Part shown: positions 60,555 to 64,000 of the stretch, in pieces
Numbering within the stretch: the stretch's first letter is position 1
Layout: each line of letters begins with the position of its first letter
Source of the DNA: an uncultured Candidatus Rokubacteria bacterium
GTDB taxonomy: Bacteria; Methylomirabilota; Methylomirabilia; Rokubacteriales; CSP1-6
Assembly (NCBI GenBank): GCA_963789955.1
Contig: CAWBMV010000012.1
Location: forward strand, 64,001 to 128,000
DNA length: 64,000 nucleotides
Direction: 5' to 3'
Program-made: the position numbers and the translations under genes
Notes under the pieces: model-generated
Seen by the model: the letters and a program-made list of their open reading frames with translations, nothing else
Database searches by the model: none
What the model was told of the DNA's origin: nothing

Positions 60555-61679
60555 ATGAGCGGTAACGGCACCAGCGCCAGAGGCGTGCGGCAGGTGGGCT
60601 ACTTCGACTGCGCCGGCGGCGGGCAAGTGGTGGTCGACGGACGCGTCGCGTTCGTCGCGCACATGAAGGCGCCGCACGGCACCACCATCGTCGACGTCAG
60701 CGACCCGTCCCGTCCGCGCCAGCTCGCGTCGATCGAGGTGCCGCCGGGCACGCACTCGCACAAGGTGCGCGCGGGCAACGGCCTCATGCTCGTGAACCGG
60801 GAGGCGCACGGCGGTCAGGGATCGTCGCCGAACGCGCCGCGTGGCCTCGGCATCTACGACGTGTCGAACCCGAGCCGACCGCGCGAGATCACGCTCTGGC
60901 GGAGCGGCGGGACGGGCGTGCACCGCTTCACCTTCGACGGCCGCTATGCGTACATCTCGCCCGAGATGGACGGTTACGTCGGCAACATCGTGATGATCCT
61001 CGACCTGGCCGACCCGAGCCGGCCGCAAGAGGTCGGTCGCTGGTGGATGCCCGGGCAGTGGACCGCCGGCGGCGAGACGCCGACCTGGTCGGGCCGTCAG
61101 CACCGCTGCCATCACCCGATCCGCGAGGGCAACCGGCTCTACGTCAGCTACTGGCACGGCGGGTTCGTCATCCTCGACATCGAGGACATGGCGAAGCCGC
61201 GCTTCGTCTCAGGGCTCGACTGGAGCCCGCCGTTCCTGACGCCGACGCACACGGCGCTGCCGGTGCCGTTTCCGCTCCACGGCCGCAAGGTCATGCTGGT
61301 CGCTGACGAAGACGTCGCCAAGCTCGCGCAGGGGCCGCCCTCGTTCCTGTGGCTCGTCGATATCTCCGACGAGAAAAAGCCGGTACCGTTCGCGAGCTTC
61401 CAGGTGGACACGGACGGGGAACCCCAGCCGGAGTTCACAGGCTGCCATCAGCCGTGCGAGAAGATCACGAGCACCGAGATCCCCGTGGCGTGGTTCGCGC
61501 ACGGTCTGCGCATCGTCGACATCGCGAATCCGCACGCGCCGCGCGAGGTGGGGCACTTCCTGCCGCCGGTACCGGAGGGCTCGTCGCGCGTCTGCAGTAA
61601 CGACGTGTGCGTCGACGACCGCGGTCTGATGTACCTCGTCGACCGCGGGCGTGGCGTGCACATTCTCGAGCGCGCCTGA
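60555..61679 (+). CDS. LVIVD-repeat beta-propeller protein
   Basis: Repeats IVDVSDPSRP, IYDVSNPSRP, ILDLADPSRP, ILDIED, LVDISD, IVDIANPHAP. Confidence 0.88.
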   Translation: MSGNGTSARGVRQVGYFDCAGGGQVVVDGRVAFVAHMKAPHGTTIVDVSDPSRPRQLASIEVPPGTHSHKVRAGNGLMLVNREAHGGQGSSPNAPRGLGIYDVSNPSRPREITLWRSGGTGVHRFTFDGRYAYISPEMDGYVGNIVMILDLADPSRPQEVGRWWMPGQWTAGGETPTWSGRQHRCHHPIREGNRLYVSYWHGGFVILDIEDMAKPRFVSGLDWSPPFLTPTHTALPVPFPLHGRKVMLVADEDVAKLAQGPPSFLWLVDISDEKKPVPFASFQVDTDGEPQPEFTGCHQPCEKITSTEIPVAWFAHGLRIVDIANPHAPREVGHFLPPVPEGSSRVCSNDVCVDDRGLMYLVDRGRGVHILERA

Positions 61680-63118
61680 TGGCCGATAGCCTGCCGACTC
61701 GGCAGCAAGACTTCAACGAGTGGTACAACCAGCTCGTGCTGCGCGCCGACATGGCGGACTACGCGCCGGTGCGCGGCTGCATGATCGTCAAGCCGTACGG
61801 CTGGGCGCTGTGGGAGAACATCCAGGGCGCGCTCGACCGCCGCTTCAAGGCCACCGGTCACGTGAATGCGGCGTTCCCGCTCTTCATTCCCAAGTCGTTC
61901 CTCGAGAAGGAGAAGCAGCACGTCGAGGGATTCTCACCGGAGCTGGCGGTGGTCACGATCGGCGGCGGCGAGGAATTGGCCGAGCCCCTGGTGGTGCGGC
62001 CGACCTCGGAAACGATCATCGGCCACGCGTACGCTCAGTGGATCAAGTCCTATCGCGACCTGCCGGTGCTGATCAACCAGTGGAACAGCGTCGTGCGCTG
62101 GGAGCTTCGCACCAAGCTCTTCCTGCGCACGCTCGAGTTCTGGTGGCAGGAGGGGCACACCGCGCACGCGACCTACGACGAGGCCGAGGCCGAGACGCGG
62201 CAGATGCTCGATGTCTACACGGACTTCGCCGTCAACGAGGCCGCCGTGCCGGTCATCCCGGGCGTGAAGTCGCAATCGGAGAAGTTCGCGGGCGCGCTGC
62301 ACTCCTACACGATCGAGGCGATGATGGGTGACAAGCGGGCGCTCCAGGCCGGCACGTCGCACAATCTCGGCCAGAATTTCGCCAAGGCGTTCAACATCCA
62401 GTACCTCGATCGCGACAATCAGCTCCAGCACTGCTGGACGACGTCGTGGGGCCTCTCGACGCGCTTCATCGGGGCCATCATCATGGTGCACGGCGACGAT
62501 CAGGGATTGATCCTGCCGCCTCGACTCGCGCCATATCAGGTCGTGATCGTCCCGATCTACCGGAGCGATGCCGAGCGCGTCACGGTGCTGGAAGCAGCGG
62601 GGCGCGTGAAGACCCAGCTGGCGACCGGCGGCGTGCGCGTGCGCCTCGACGAGCGCGACGGCGTGACGCCAGGCTTCAAGTTCAACGACTGGGAGATGCG
62701 CGGGGTGCCGCTGCGCGTCGAGATCGGCCCGCGAGACGTCGAGAAACGACAGGTCGTGCTGGCCCGTCGCGACATGCCGGGCAAGGCCGGGAAGTCGTTC
62801 GTGCCGGAGGAGGGACTGACCGGCGCGGTGACGGCCATGCTGGAGTCGATCCAGAAGTCGATGCTCGAGCGGGCGCGGGCCTTCATGCGTGAGAACACCG
62901 CCGAGCCCCGGACCTACGACGAGTTCAAGCAGGCGATCGAGGCCGGGCTGTTCTGCCGGGCGTGGTGGTCGGGCGACGCCGAGCGCGAGGCCGCGATCAA
63001 GAACGAGACGAAGGCGACCATCCGCTGCATCCCGCTGGAGCAGCCGGGCGGGGAAGGACCCTGCATCGGCACGGGCCGACCGGCCAAGCAGGTCGCGATT
63101 TTCGGACGCGCGTACTAG
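61679..63118 (+). CDS. proS: Proline--tRNA ligase, archaeal/eukaryote-type
   Basis: VRPTSET, NQWNSVVRWE, FLRTLEF.WQEGH, QAGTSHNLGQNF, SWGLSTR, terminal FGRAY; no INS editing domain. Confidence 0.96.
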   Translation: MADSLPTRQQDFNEWYNQLVLRADMADYAPVRGCMIVKPYGWALWENIQGALDRRFKATGHVNAAFPLFIPKSFLEKEKQHVEGFSPELAVVTIGGGEELAEPLVVRPTSETIIGHAYAQWIKSYRDLPVLINQWNSVVRWELRTKLFLRTLEFWWQEGHTAHATYDEAEAETRQMLDVYTDFAVNEAAVPVIPGVKSQSEKFAGALHSYTIEAMMGDKRALQAGTSHNLGQNFAKAFNIQYLDRDNQLQHCWTTSWGLSTRFIGAIIMVHGDDQGLILPPRLAPYQVVIVPIYRSDAERVTVLEAAGRVKTQLATGGVRVRLDERDGVTPGFKFNDWEMRGVPLRVEIGPRDVEKRQVVLARRDMPGKAGKSFVPEEGLTGAVTAMLESIQKSMLERARAFMRENTAEPRTYDEFKQAIEAGLFCRAWWSGDAEREAAIKNETKATIRCIPLEQPGGEGPCIGTGRPAKQVAIFGRAY

Positions 63119-63134
63119 CGGCGCGCCGTCGCGG

Positions 63135-63329
63135 CTATGTCGCGACCGAGACCCGCGTCAGCACCGCGTGCGGCAGCCGCACGGACTCCGTGCACGTCAG
63201 GCAGGAGAAGTGAAGCTCCTGCGGGTCTCGCTGGGTCAGCACCATCCGCTGTGCGCACTTCGCGTGGTGAATGCCGCCGTCGAGGGCCCAGTACACAGCG
63301 TCGCGTCCGACTGATACCGAGGGGTCCAT
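63135..63329 (-). CDS. 64-aa hypothetical protein with HxxC...CxxC
   Basis: AGGAGG SD; HHAKC and CLTC; sigma-54-like promoter upstream. Confidence 0.7.
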   Translation of the reverse strand: MDPSVSVGRDAVYWALDGGIHHAKCAQRMVLTQRDPQELHFSCLTCTESVRLPHAVLTRVSVAT

Positions 63330-63356
63330 ACTCTTCCTCCTGCCAAAGGTGCAGGA

Positions 63357-63372
63357 AGCGAAAGTCGTGCCG
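63357..63372 (-). promoter_or_regulatory. Putative sigma-54 (-24/-12) promoter
   Basis: CGGCACGACTTTCGCT has exact GG-N10-GC spacing versus consensus TGGCAC-N5-TTGC. Confidence 0.6.
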
Positions 63373-63520
63373 TCGCCTGCCGAGATCGAAATGCTTCTTT
63401 GATCGAGTAGTTGGCGCAGGACATTCCCCGAGGCCGTGTAAGGGAGATCACACCGAACGTGAAATCTTTACTCAGGTCGCTGCTGCAGCGACCCGTCGAG
63501 GATTCTTACGATCGCCGAGG

Positions 63521-63952
63521 CTATCGCTTGAGGCCGAGGATCAGAACGCCGGCTCCGACCATGAGGATGCCCAGCCACTCCCGGCTCGACGGCCGCTCGC
63601 CGAGGAACAGCACCGCGAAGACTGCCACCAGGACGAGGCTGAGCTTGTCGACCGGGGCGACCTTCGATGCGTCGCCGATCTTCAGGGCGCGGAAGTAGCA
63701 GACCCAGGAGGCGCCGGTGGCCAGCCCGGACAGCACCAGGAAGAGCCACGTCTTCGGCGCGAGGTCGAGCGGGTTACTCCACTTGCCGGTGGCGTAGACG
63801 AACCCGGCGAGGACGACGATGATGACCGCCGTGCGAACCAGGGTCGCCAGGTCCGAGTCGACGCCCTCGAGCCCGAGCTTGGCGAAGATGGCCGTGAGGG
63901 CCGCGAACACCGCGGACCAGAGCGCCCAGTAGAACCATTGTGTGCCGGCCAT
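63521..63952 (-). CDS. EamA/DMT-family small transporter
   Basis: FAALTAIFAKLG, SWVCYFRAL, VAPVDKLS, FLGE. Confidence 0.92.
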   Translation of the reverse strand: MAGTQWFYWALWSAVFAALTAIFAKLGLEGVDSDLATLVRTAVIIVVLAGFVYATGKWSNPLDLAPKTWLFLVLSGLATGASWVCYFRALKIGDASKVAPVDKLSLVLVAVFAVLFLGERPSSREWLGILMVGAGVLILGLKR

Positions 63953-64000
63953 ATGGCGAGCCTATCCGTTGCGTTTCAGCAGCCGCCCCCGCCGCCGCCC

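Noticed and set aside
1..64000. CRISPR arrays, tRNA, rRNA, known riboswitches, T-box before proS
   Set aside because: No spaced repeats or recognisable RNA motifs by eye; proS has no leader. An Infernal scan would be needed to exclude them formally

Overview
A GC-rich bacterial window, densely coding and dominated by small-molecule uptake and catabolism. It carries peptide-type and nitrate/sulfonate-type ABC transporters, two DMSO-reductase-family molybdoenzymes, three luciferase-like monooxygenases, SDRs, hydrolases, VOC proteins, two class III nucleotide cyclases, a small surface-polysaccharide block, dinB and an archaeal/eukaryote-type proS. The gene repertoire resembles Candidatus Rokubacteria (Methylomirabilota); this is an inference from recall, not a search. 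About 12 genes carry single-base frameshifts, most simply explained as long-read consensus errors. Three genes have large internal deletions, and an ISAzo13-like remnant lies at the left edge. Near 2,922 two convergent genes appear cut off at the same point, suggesting a deletion or an assembly chimera. No rRNA, tRNA, CRISPR array or intact mobile element was seen. The best candidates for undescribed biology are: a TetR-controlled solo PaaA/BoxB-like di-iron protein, a DoxX-VOC-tandem-LLM operon, a cyclase coupled to a blue-copper protein, a four-His-module helical protein, a sigma-54-driven 64-aa putative zinc microprotein, and a recurrent leaderless-type TAnnnT-N6-8-start architecture.
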